From Escherichia phage vB_EcoM-UFV13, in sequence record NC_031103.1: a stretch of DNA of 64,000 nt, one strand, 5' to 3'. Position 1 is the first letter of the stretch; each line of letters starts with the position of its first letter. Position numbers and translations under genes: made by a program. The notes under the pieces were generated by a model. That model had not been told where the DNA came from. It saw nothing but the letters and a program-made list of their open reading frames with translations, and ran no database searches. This document shows positions 30,278 through 41,154 of this stretch, piece by piece.

Positions 30278-30732
30278 AGAGAGTCTCTTAATAGGTTTAA
30301 CACATCAATAAATTCAGCTTCGGTTAGTATTGTATCATCTTTTGTTAGACCACTAGCCATGCTGTGCTTCAAAACTTTTCCTTTCGAGGCTAGTAATGCA
30401 TCACGAAAGCCCTTGTTTTGGATCGCTGCTTCAAAATATGCATTTGTGTATAATTCTTTCCACGCTGGGGAGTATCTTGAAAACGGAACTCCCAGCCAGA
30501 AGAGGGTCCCACGGTCCTGAGCTCTTGCATAAGACCTTCCAGCTTGTTGGGCGGCCAATCCGGAGAGCCTAAATATACGTTTTTGTTGTTCAACATTTTT
30601 CACCTTGCATCCTTGGAGGAATCCTTCAAGACCTCCAAATTGGATACCATCCATAACAAAAGGCCATTGGGCGAAATTACTTAATGCGCATGATGGCCAT
30701 CTAAAATTACTTCTTATCTCTAACTCAGACAT
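30274..30732 (-). CDS. NADAR (YbiA/DUF1768)-like protein (T4 30.3 position)
   Basis: 152 aa; segment LSNFAQWPFVMDG...F mirrors the E. coli YbiA signature FSNFAAWPIKVDG...W as I recall it. Confidence 0.55.
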   Translation of the reverse strand: MSELEIRSNFRWPSCALSNFAQWPFVMDGIQFGGLEGFLQGCKVKNVEQQKRIFRLSGLAAQQAGRSYARAQDRGTLFWLGVPFSRYSPAWKELYTNAYFEAAIQNKGFRDALLASKGKVLKHSMASGLTKDDTILTEAEFIDVLNLLRDSL

Positions 30733-30940
30733 CTTTAATACTTATAATTTCAACATCAGCCCAATGACCATAACTTGGCAGACGGTCTTCAATAGATAAT
30801 CCGCCATCATATTTAAGCATTTTAATTGTCATAATATATGGCTCTAAATGGTCTTCTGTGAGCGGAGAAACGTCAGTCACACGATAAGTAACTTCAACCA
30901 TTTCCGTACCTAATAATTTCTGAATTAATTTCTTAAACAT
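30725..30940 (-). CDS. Hypothetical protein, 71 aa
   Basis: ORF in operon series. Confidence 0.45.
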   Translation of the reverse strand: MFKKLIQKLLGTEMVEVTYRVTDVSPLTEDHLEPYIMTIKMLKYDGGLSIEDRLPSYGHWADVEIISIKDV

Positions 30941-30944
30941 ATTA

Positions 30945-31232
30945 TCAGAACCTCATCTGAAAACCGTGTGATTTAACATTACCGCCACCAATATCAGAGA
31001 TATTAATTTCGCGCGCAATTGAAGGGTCAATGTCAATTTCATGATTAAGTTTAGTGATAGCTAAAGTATCACGCCCATTTACTGTACGGAATTCTAAAGG
31101 ACAAACCACATCAACGTAATTTTTAATCGATTCACTTGTAGGTTGCAAATGTACAGGAAGGTCTTTGGGCGCCTTTGAGAAAACAACTTCACAGAAATTT
31201 TTGCGGGTGTCAAAATAAGTAGTCATAAACAT
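30945..31232 (-). CDS. Hypothetical protein, 95 aa
   Basis: ATG start, GAGGA SD. Confidence 0.5.
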   Translation of the reverse strand: MFMTTYFDTRKNFCEVVFSKAPKDLPVHLQPTSESIKNYVDVVCPLEFRTVNGRDTLAITKLNHEIDIDPSIAREINISDIGGGNVKSHGFQMRF

Positions 31233-31248
31233 AATGTTTTCCTCAGTA

Positions 31249-31264
31249 AGGGGCCGAAGCCCCT
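31249..31264 (-). other. Intercistronic stem-loop (GGGGC-CGAA-GCCCC)
   Basis: Perfect GC hairpin between two minus-strand ORFs, followed by an SD rather than a U-tract. Confidence 0.5.
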
Positions 31265-31273
31265 CATTTTATT

Positions 31274-31639
31274 TTAAATATCAAATTCGTTAAGAACTAC
31301 ATCAAAGATTGCTTCAAGATGCTCAGGTTTAGCTCTGTTACTCAGAATATGACGAATCCAAGTTTTAACAAGAAGCTTGCGATTAACGCCATTCCAGCAA
31401 GGATGAGTACCTAAATCACGTTGACGAAAATCATCATCCAGAGCGATTTTAAAGTTGGAACCTTCCATCGTGATTGAAACCGTGATACCGTTTTCAAATC
31501 GCATATAAACGTAGTTAGGAGTCATATACTGCTCAATTTCGCATACTGATCCATTTTGATGTTTCCAAAGGCAAATAGTATCAATAGAACCTGCAATACC
31601 ATTAGAAACATATTTACGTTCAAAGTTAATGTAGTTCAT
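31274..31639 (-). CDS. Hypothetical protein, 121 aa
   Basis: ATG at 31639 with GGAG SD; the track start at 31651 is TTG. Confidence 0.5.
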   Translation of the reverse strand: MNYINFERKYVSNGIAGSIDTICLWKHQNGSVCEIEQYMTPNYVYMRFENGITVSITMEGSNFKIALDDDFRQRDLGTHPCWNGVNRKLLVKTWIRHILSNRAKPEHLEAIFDVVLNEFDI

Positions 31640-31664
31640 TTTATTCTCCAAGATGTTTAATTGT

Positions 31665-31704
31665 GGTACAGGTGTATAATATCATATCCTGTACCAAAGT
31701 AAAC
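31665..31704 (-). promoter_or_regulatory. Early-type promoter (GTTTAC - 16 nt - TGATATTAT) with the -10 inside a hairpin loop
   Basis: GTAAAC at 31699-31704 (+), -10 at 31676-31681; inverted repeat GGTACAGG/CCTGTACC at 31665-31672 and 31688-31695. Confidence 0.55.
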
Positions 31705-31706
31705 AA

Positions 31707-32039
31707 TTATTTTACTACTTTCCAATGCTTCATGTCAAGTTTACCAACTTTTTTCATCTTCTCAATTAAGCGTTCGGCACGTTGGCGAGCTGTAACATAA
31801 TACCATTCACCTAATTCATTTTGTTCAATTTTTCCAACGATTACTGTATTCAATTCATAAATCCAACCAGTAAAGAAATTATGAACTTGAATTGTAAAGG
31901 TGAAATCTGTTCCCATACCTTCTGTTGTTTCTACTTCAATAATATCACCTTCAACTGCCATTAAGAACCACATAGTTTCATCATATGCACCGTTGAAGCA
32001 TTTAGTTTTAACAGCAGCGTTCAGATTAATCGTTTTCAT
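31707..32039 (-). CDS. Hypothetical protein, 110 aa
   Basis: ATG start with AAGGAG SD. Confidence 0.5.
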   Translation of the reverse strand: MKTINLNAAVKTKCFNGAYDETMWFLMAVEGDIIEVETTEGMGTDFTFTIQVHNFFTGWIYELNTVIVGKIEQNELGEWYYVTARQRAERLIEKMKKVGKLDMKHWKVVK

Positions 32040-32066
32040 TTTATTCTCCTTTGTTTGTGTAAGATA

Positions 32067-32096
32067 ATACTATCACAAAGGAACCATACTGTAAAC
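32067..32096 (-). promoter_or_regulatory. Early-type promoter (GTTTACA - 17 nt - TAGTAT)
   Basis: GTAAAC at 32091-32096 (+), TGTGATAGTAT -10 region. Confidence 0.5.
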
Positions 32097-32125
32097 AACT
32101 TTATGCAATCTTTGGAAAATAAAAA

Positions 32126-32145
32126 AGGACTCCCGAAGGAGTCCT
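32126..32145 (-). terminator. Intrinsic terminator (AGGACTC-CCGAAG-GAGTCCT then U-run) after the small basic ORF
   Basis: Perfect 7-bp stem, followed on the minus strand by TTTTTTATTTTCC. Confidence 0.7.
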
Positions 32146-32149
32146 CAAC

Positions 32150-32326
32150 TTATGCTTTCTGCTTACCAAAACGAGAAGCATCATCTCGAAGAACCGCACG
32201 TGCTCGGCGCATGATCTTCTCAACAGTTTGATTGATACGAGAGTTCGACCCACGCTTGTAGCCAGCGCGTTTAGAATCACCAACTTTCTTTTCAACTGCT
32301 TTCTTTGCTTTAACTTGTTTTGCCAT
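32150..32326 (-). CDS. Small basic protein, 58 aa (MAKQVKAKKAVEKK...)
   Basis: Internal ATG at 32326 preferred over the longer track ORF; lysine/arginine-rich. Confidence 0.4.
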   Translation of the reverse strand: MAKQVKAKKAVEKKVGDSKRAGYKRGSNSRINQTVEKIMRRARAVLRDDASRFGKQKA

Positions 32327-32446
32327 TATAAATTCTCTTTTAAATGAAAATGCAGGACTTATTGGCATTGCCTGCGCAAGCCCTCAAAGGGGTACTTAGG
32401 TTTTGAATATTTACCGACAGGATAACCATAAACCTCGTCAACATAA

Positions 32447-32695
32447 TTACTTCAATGTTACCACAAAGTGACGAACTGCTTTTCGTGCAGCAGAAGCCAG
32501 AGGCTTAGCATATTTAAGTTCATCTTTTTCCTGAAGCTCAGCAGCTAATGCAGTTTGAGCAGGATTTAGATGTTTGAAATAACGCAGGATTTCAAGAGCT
32601 TCGGCTTCAACATCAATAGATGCGCCATAGTTTTCGTGACCATTATTCCATGCGTTTCGTTGCAGTTCAAGAGCGTGTTGTAATTGTTTAATCAT
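32447..32695 (-). CDS. rIII: rIII lysis-inhibition accessory protein
   Basis: 82 aa as in T4 rIII; immediately downstream of gene 31 as in T4. Confidence 0.7.
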   Translation of the reverse strand: MIKQLQHALELQRNAWNNGHENYGASIDVEAEALEILRYFKHLNPAQTALAAELQEKDELKYAKPLASAARKAVRHFVVTLK

Positions 32696-32834
32696 TTAAA
32701 AATTCTCGTTAGAGATTAAAACTCGGTAGTCACGTTCTTCTGAATTTCATCTTCTTTCGACAGATCTCTCAGTTGTAGACTACCACATAGAATTGTTCGG
32801 TTAACTTATTATTCCGACACCCAATTCATATTAT

Positions 32835-32842
32835 TATTTATA
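32835..32842 (-). promoter_or_regulatory. Late-promoter motif (TATAAATA on the minus strand) at the gene 31 stop, facing rIII
   Basis: TATTTATA on the + strand adjoining the gene 31 stop. Confidence 0.4.
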
Positions 32843-33178
32843 TCACTTATAAAGACACGGAATAGCTTTATAGTGACAAGTAACGAATTTTTGTTTAATT
32901 TCTTTTGGTTGCTTAAGACCCAGAGCTACAAAAGGATGCGGAACATTTCGAATTTGACCAACTGGAAGAGAAGTCAAATCACCAACTTCGCAGAAACCTT
33001 CAGGAACATCAGGACCAACAGAGTGAACTACACACAGTTCAGGAACTTCACCTTGAACACGTTTACCGATAATAAGTCCTGATTCTGTAACTTCTTCATC
33101 ACCGGCTTGTGCAGGTTCAGAAACTAAAATAACATATTCACCGACAGCACGAATTGGTAGCTGTTGTACTTCAGACAT
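32843..33178 (-). CDS. 31: Co-chaperonin gp31 (GroES analogue)
   Basis: 111 aa as in T4 gp31; position between rIII and cd. Confidence 0.88.
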
Positions 33179-33208
33179 CGTTTTTCCTTTTTGTTAACAG
33201 ATGAATTA

Positions 33209-33233
33209 ATAATAACAAATAATTCTTAAAGCA
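33209..33233 (-). promoter_or_regulatory. MotA-dependent middle promoter for gene 31
   Basis: Minus strand TGCTTTA (MotA box) - 12 nt - TATTAT, about 30 nt upstream of the gene 31 ATG. Confidence 0.6.
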
Positions 33234-33234
33234 T

Positions 33235-33543
33235 TTATTTACCAATAAATTGGAGTAAATGCTCAACTTTCATACCATTAACAGAAATCAATTTGTCAAT
33301 AGAAAAACCTCGCCACGCACCAAGTTCAACATCAAATACTGGAATCATGTCAGTAGATTCTTTCCGAGTAGATTCAGTCAATTTACCGGTTTGCATAGTT
33401 GGCATAAAGTCTGCATCACGAGTACCTTTCATGGTACGAATAGTACCATCAGACTTTTCAAAAACTACGTTTGAAACACCCATGGACAATTTAGTTTTCA
33501 AAATTTCACGAATTGCTACTTTCTGCTCAGTTGTCAGTTTCAT
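33235..33543 (-). CDS. Hypothetical protein (T4 31.1 position)
   Basis: 102-aa ORF. Confidence 0.55.
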   Translation of the reverse strand: MKLTTEQKVAIREILKTKLSMGVSNVVFEKSDGTIRTMKGTRDADFMPTMQTGKLTESTRKESTDMIPVFDVELGAWRGFSIDKLISVNGMKVEHLLQFIGK

Positions 33544-33780
33544 TTATTTACCTATCACAGTTTTAATATGAGTTGTTCCACGTTCTTTAAGGGTGGAAAG
33601 TAATTTTTGGCATTTTTCTAAATCAGATTTCCAACTATATGGTCTATCAATACTAGTCCAATCAGTTTTATAATACTGTTTCCATTTAGAGAAAAAATAT
33701 TTCTTATACTCTACAGCAAATGAGATGTTCTCGTTAGAATAAGAACTAATTGCTGTGAGCTTTACCAAACGAAATTTCAT
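33544..33780 (-). CDS. Hypothetical protein (T4 31.2 position)
   Basis: 78-aa ORF; stop abuts the 31.1-position start. Confidence 0.5.
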   Translation of the reverse strand: MKFRLVKLTAISSYSNENISFAVEYKKYFFSKWKQYYKTDWTSIDRPYSWKSDLEKCQKLLSTLKERGTTHIKTVIGK

Positions 33781-34361
33781 TATTCACCACAGAATTCGTT
33801 GATATTTTCCCAGTTTAACTTATTCAAGTTTTTCTTAGGAACATTAAACACTTCAATACCTGCATTTCGCAGAATATCATCCCAACCAGGTTTATTTTTG
33901 TCGTATGTTTCACAATAAACCAGCTTTTTAATACCAGATTGAGCTATTGCTTTTGCACAATCTGGACAGGGAGAAAGTGTTACATACATAGTAGCACCTT
34001 CAATAGAAGAACCATTTCGTGCAGCAAACAAAATTGCATTTAGTTCAGCATGAATTTCATTTTTAGACGACCATTCAGAGTGAGCGCTGCGGTGTTCTTT
34101 CGCCAAGACAAAACGATCAGTTGAACCAAATGATACGCATTCAGGCTTATGACCTTGAATGATAGTATGTTTAGGCTTATTCAACAACCAACCTTGCTCA
34201 GCAGCATAATCACAGCAGTTCACACCCCCTGCGGGTGAACCATTATACCCAGTAGAAATAATACGTCCATTCTTTTCAATTACTGCTCCTACCTTCCAGG
34301 AGCAACATTTTGATTCTTGTGATACTAAATATGCAATTTGAAGTACTGTACTCGCTTTCAT
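33780..34361 (-). CDS. cd: dCMP deaminase
   Basis: 193 aa as in T4 Cd; zinc-binding deaminase motifs (HAE...PCxxC). Confidence 0.95.
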   Translation of the reverse strand: MKASTVLQIAYLVSQESKCCSWKVGAVIEKNGRIISTGYNGSPAGGVNCCDYAAEQGWLLNKPKHTIIQGHKPECVSFGSTDRFVLAKEHRSAHSEWSSKNEIHAELNAILFAARNGSSIEGATMYVTLSPCPDCAKAIAQSGIKKLVYCETYDKNKPGWDDILRNAGIEVFNVPKKNLNKLNWENINEFCGE

Positions 34362-34696
34362 TTCATAATCACCAGATAAGCAGATTTAGCAGTTTCAACA
34401 CGATAAATTTCGTGACGAAGTTTAGTTATACTTTTAATAACAGAACTAATTATATTCTGCCCATCTTTAAAGCGGTTTTTCTTATCAATAAAAACTGCGC
34501 CAACCATCTTTTTGTGAAGCTCAACTGGATACTTCGTCACAATAATAGCATCATACACAGAAGGATGAATACTATTCACTAGAGTATCATTCATTAAAGT
34601 TATTCTAATGAACTGTGCTGTTTCAGAGTCAAGCGCTCTATGATCGCCAGTATCATTTTCAAGACAATTATCAATTATATCAGTTAAATTCATCAT
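34358..34696 (-). CDS. Hypothetical protein (cd.1 position)
   Basis: 112-aa ORF overlapping the cd start by 4 nt. Confidence 0.5.
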   Translation of the reverse strand: MMNLTDIIDNCLENDTGDHRALDSETAQFIRITLMNDTLVNSIHPSVYDAIIVTKYPVELHKKMVGAVFIDKKNRFKDGQNIISSVIKSITKLRHEIYRVETAKSAYLVIMK

Positions 34697-34932
34697 AGTA
34701 CGCCATACACCCTTTGTGCTTCAACTAATCCATCAAAATCTAATTTAAGATGCGATATTTGGTCACCATCACCTGGATTCACAATTACTAATACTGAACG
34801 AGGAGTTTCGGTAATAACACGAACCGATGTTTCAGGAAATCGTTCAGAAACCTTATTTACCAATTCCTGAGCAAATAGTTTAACTTTTTCTTGGAATTCT
34901 TTAACAGTAATTGGTTTTTCACTTAGCAGCAT
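34693..34932 (-). CDS. Hypothetical protein (cd.2 position)
   Basis: 79 aa, ATG start with GAGGA SD. Confidence 0.5.
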   Translation of the reverse strand: MLLSEKPITVKEFQEKVKLFAQELVNKVSERFPETSVRVITETPRSVLVIVNPGDGDQISHLKLDFDGLVEAQRVYGVL

Positions 34933-34952
34933 TTTGTTTTCCTCATTTGTTT

Positions 34953-34991
34953 GGTAGAGCTATAATATCACAACTCTACCGTAAAGTAAAC
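34953..34991 (-). promoter_or_regulatory. Early-type promoter (GTTTAC - 17 nt - TGTGATATTAT) with the -10 inside a hairpin loop
   Basis: GTAAAC at 34986-34991 (+), -10 at 34962-34967; inverted repeat GGTAGAG/CTCTACC at 34953-34959 and 34974-34980. Confidence 0.55.
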
Positions 34992-34993
34992 TA

Positions 34994-35269
34994 TTAAATC
35001 GCTTTGAATTCCGCAGTTTGAGATTCAAAGCGAATGTCGCCTTTGATGACTAGCTCAGCATCAAGACCGAATACAACAATGATATGCGCGGAACCTGGAT
35101 ACAGCGTAATGGCAACAGAATCCACCTGGTCTGGAAGCAAAGTGTTCAATACATGAGTCACTTGAGCATGGATTCGAAGTTCAGCTGCATTATCAAGCTT
35201 TTCAAACATATTATTAGCGATAATTTGACTAAACACTACTTCTACGATTTTAGAATAAGTCGGAAACAT
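34994..35269 (-). CDS. Hypothetical protein (cd.3 position)
   Basis: 91-aa ORF. Confidence 0.5.
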   Translation of the reverse strand: MFPTYSKIVEVVFSQIIANNMFEKLDNAAELRIHAQVTHVLNTLLPDQVDSVAITLYPGSAHIIVVFGLDAELVIKGDIRFESQTAEFKAI

Positions 35270-35271
35270 AT

Positions 35272-35464
35272 TTACCTCACATAATTTTCTTCAAGCCAAT
35301 CAATAACATCCAAAGCGTTATCAAAAATTGAACCATCTACTTTGTCTTCTGTTTCATAATCAAGAACATCTAAGCCTACTCTTCCGTCAACAATAGGCCA
35401 TAGACAAAATAGATATTTCTTTTCTTTTTCAATTTTATCACAAAGACGATAAATCTTTTCTAGA

Positions 35465-35472
<8 letters not shown>
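35272..35472 (-). CDS. Hypothetical protein (cd.4 position)
   Basis: 66-aa ORF. Confidence 0.45.
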
Positions 35473-36883
<1,411 letters not shown>

Positions 36884-36887
<4 letters not shown>

Positions 36888-37120
36888 TTATTTTTCTCAA
36901 CTAATGATTGAATATAATCATGCAGCTCTTTAGATGCTTTACCCCACTTATTTTGATATTCATTTTTAAGATTAGCACGTGATTGAGCTAATAAAACATC
37001 ATTAGTTGGAGGTAAAGATTCTAACCGTTGAATCTGGCGTCCATAAATCATTGCAGCCATCTCGGATTCATAAATCAATCCTTTGAGATGTTCAAATTGA
37101 TGCCATGAAATCATTTGCAT
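36884..37120 (-). CDS. Hypothetical protein, 78 aa
   Basis: ORF in series. Confidence 0.45.
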
Positions 37121-37410
37121 TTATCCTCTTTTAACTCTTGACGATAATAACATATCATAGTTTTCTGATCATGTACATATCGTTTTACATCATTAAGCCA
37201 AATGCGAAATTCCTGGGAATCTTCAAATGGCATACCGACCCAAGCTTTACCATCAATAACTTTAACTTGCCAAGATAGTTTAGCTTCATCATATGACTTT
37301 ATTTGTACAGGCCAATTAGGATGAACTGTTTCTTTCTTTACTTCTAGAGGCTTTGTCGAACAACCAACTAGAAGACCAATAGATAATATTACTGCTGATA
37401 GTTTAATCAT
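37111..37410 (-). CDS. Outer-membrane spanin lipoprotein (o-spanin; T4 PseT.2-type)
   Basis: 99 aa; lipobox signal MIKLSAVILSIGLLVGC; sits next to a TM plus coiled-coil partner, as for the T4 spanin pair pseT.3/pseT.2. Confidence 0.65.
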   Translation of the reverse strand: MIKLSAVILSIGLLVGCSTKPLEVKKETVHPNWPVQIKSYDEAKLSWQVKVIDGKAWVGMPFEDSQEFRIWLNDVKRYVHDQKTMICYYRQELKEDKCK

Positions 37411-37760
37411 TTAGAAAGGTCCTGGATGTCTTCTGCGAACTTGTTGAAGGAGTTGTTGATTTGTTTTTCAACCAATCCTGGCTTATGAGCCACCACATCC
37501 GCCTTCTTTGCGTCTTTGCGCAGTTTTTCATTTTCACGCTCAATAGCAGCAATTGCCTCACGATTTTTATTATTCATCGCATCAATATAATTATACTGAA
37601 TTCGCAAATTATTTAATGCTAAAGCGTTTTCATTGGCCGTTTTTGTAATTTCTACAACAGACGTTTCTAATCTTTCAATTTTATTTTTTAAAATTAAAGA
37701 AGTTCCGCCCAATGCAATTACAATTAATAGCAAGCCTGCTGTCGTATTACTTAATTGCAT
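37407..37760 (-). CDS. Inner-membrane spanin (i-spanin; T4 PseT.3-type)
   Basis: 117 aa; N-terminal TM helix LLLIVIALGGTSLIL followed by a coiled-coil periplasmic domain. Confidence 0.65.
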   Translation of the reverse strand: MQLSNTTAGLLLIVIALGGTSLILKNKIERLETSVVEITKTANENALALNNLRIQYNYIDAMNNKNREAIAAIERENEKLRKDAKKADVVAHKPGLVEKQINNSFNKFAEDIQDLSK

Positions 37761-38254
37761 AAAGTTTTAATAACCTCTATAATATCGTCTTGAGAAAGAC
37801 CGTTAATTAAAATATGATGTTCAGCAGGAGATTTAGAAATTTTAAAGCATGCCTCAACATCTTCTGCCATATCTGATGCGCTACGATTTGGATTACTAAT
37901 TCCAAGACGATGTTTTCCCGTCAAAGGATTAACGATGATATAGCATTTACAGTTGTTAATATGAACATTAGGTTGAGTCTGATTAATGAACACATCACAA
38001 TCATATTTCGCAAGCTGATTTTCTAAAAAGACTTTCATCTCCTCAACTGCATCAGGAAGCATATCACGGGCTTGCTCAAGACGACGATTTCGATATTCTT
38101 TAATGGTCGTTTTCCGCTTGACTTGCTTAGCTAAATCTTTCTTAAGATCGGTGATATATCCAACTCGACGATTTCCTTTAAATACAGAAATCCCATCTGT
38201 AGTATCACCGTATGCTTCAACGACCATTTCAGTAGTAATAAGCTGTAAATCCAT
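37751..38254 (-). CDS. alc: Alc (host transcription shut-off)
   Basis: 167 aa from the second ATG, as in T4 Alc; position between spanins and rnlA. Confidence 0.8.
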   Translation of the reverse strand: MDLQLITTEMVVEAYGDTTDGISVFKGNRRVGYITDLKKDLAKQVKRKTTIKEYRNRRLEQARDMLPDAVEEMKVFLENQLAKYDCDVFINQTQPNVHINNCKCYIIVNPLTGKHRLGISNPNRSASDMAEDVEACFKISKSPAEHHILINGLSQDDIIEVIKTLCN

Positions 38255-38260
38255 CATAAA

Positions 38261-38316
38261 GTCCTCATGTTATGTCAGTAAGACTACTGTAACACAACAC
38301 GAGGGACTTGTAAACA
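38261..38316 (-). promoter_or_regulatory. Early-type promoter (GTTTACA - 17 nt - TACAGT) plus conserved leader, copy 2, upstream of alc
   Basis: About 90% identical to 23262-23316; GTAAAC at 38310-38315 (+); the leader carries the GAGGA SD. Confidence 0.55.
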
Positions 38317-38318
38317 GC

Positions 38319-39906
<1,588 letters not shown>

Positions 39907-39913
39907 AATAAAA

Positions 39914-39927
39914 TGGGCCTTGCGGCC
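39914..39927 (-). terminator. Terminator after nrdB (GGGCC-GCAA-GGCCC then U-run, minus strand)
   Basis: Perfect GC hairpin 7 nt after the nrdB stop, followed by ATTTTATTATG. Confidence 0.65.
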
Positions 39928-39933
39928 CACTCC

Positions 39934-41103
39934 TTAAAAATATTTTTTAAAACTCATCATAACTTTATCATCAACATCATTATCAATCTGCGCAACAAGG
40001 TAAGATGACAGTTCTACTTCTTGCGGTGCAGATTGAACATTATCAGAATTAAGATATTCACGAATCCAAGGATACGGATGTTTAACCGGAGCATCAGTAA
40101 TTGGGCATGGAAGACCGCACTGTTTCATACGAGATACAGTTAAGTAATCAATAAAGCTCCACATGCTATTTGTATTTAATCCAGGAACATCGCCATCTTT
40201 AAATAAATGAACTGCCCAGTCTTTTTCTTGACGGTTAACTTCCATGAAAATATCAACTGCTTCTTGTTCACATTCTTGGGCAATTTTAACCCATTCATCA
40301 CCATCAGTGCCAAGTTGAAGTTGACGAATAATATATTGGGTGCCTTTAAGGTGAAGCTGCTCATCACGTGCAATGAACTTCATAATCTTGGCATTACCTT
40401 CCATAATTTCCATGTTCTTATGGAAGTTAAAGGTACATGCGAAAGATACATAAAAACGAATAGCTTCCAATGCGTTGATTACGTGCAGGCAGAGGTAAAG
40501 AGATTTCATTAGTGCTCGTTTAGTACATTCAACAACTTTGCCTAACTCTTCTTTACGAAATCCTTCTGATAAAATTCCTTCATAATCTTCAACCGCATTC
40601 TGATATTCACGAGTCTTAACTAGAACATCATCGTAATAGCGACCAATGGACTCGGCACGTTTCATAATAGCTTTATCTAATACAATCTCGTCAAATACTT
40701 TTGACGGATCAGTATAAAGATTTCGCATAATATGAGTATATGAACGGCTGTGAATAGTTTCGCTAAAAGTCCATGTAGCAACCCATGTATCAAGACTTGG
40801 GTCTGAAATTAACGACATAAGTACAGCAGACGGCGCACGACCCTGAATGCTATCCAAAAGTGATTGATACTTCAGGTTATTAGTAAAAATATCTTGCTGA
40901 TATTGAGGAAGCTTGTTAAATTGTGCAGCATCCATCATCAAGTTTACTTCTTCAGGACGCCAGAAAAATGATAATTGCTTTTCGGTTAAATCTTCAAAAA
41001 CTTTATGACGTTGAATATCGTAACGCGCAATACCGAGACCTGAACCGAAGAACATAGGTTCTTTTAAAACATCAACTGGATTTGTATTAAAAACTGTGCT
41101 CAT
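39934..41103 (-). CDS. nrdB: Ribonucleotide reductase small subunit (uninterrupted, no intron)
   Basis: 389 aa continuous ORF; di-iron ligand motifs; T4 nrdB carries a group I intron that is absent here. Confidence 0.95.
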   Translation of the reverse strand: MSTVFNTNPVDVLKEPMFFGSGLGIARYDIQRHKVFEDLTEKQLSFFWRPEEVNLMMDAAQFNKLPQYQQDIFTNNLKYQSLLDSIQGRAPSAVLMSLISDPSLDTWVATWTFSETIHSRSYTHIMRNLYTDPSKVFDEIVLDKAIMKRAESIGRYYDDVLVKTREYQNAVEDYEGILSEGFRKEELGKVVECTKRALMKSLYLCLHVINALEAIRFYVSFACTFNFHKNMEIMEGNAKIMKFIARDEQLHLKGTQYIIRQLQLGTDGDEWVKIAQECEQEAVDIFMEVNRQEKDWAVHLFKDGDVPGLNTNSMWSFIDYLTVSRMKQCGLPCPITDAPVKHPYPWIREYLNSDNVQSAPQEVELSSYLVAQIDNDVDDKVMMSFKKYF

Positions 41104-41154
41104 AAATTTTCCGCTTAGTTAATAGATAGTGACTCGTCCGTGAGTCAAATTATA

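Noticed and set aside
32101-32295. 64-aa minus-strand ORF in an alternative frame
   Set aside because: Overlaps the small basic ORF (32150-32326) and runs through the terminator hairpin
41131-41147. Small hairpin (GACTC-N7-GAGTC) between nrdA and nrdB
   Set aside because: Only a 5-bp stem with a weak context; not convincingly a terminator or promoter element
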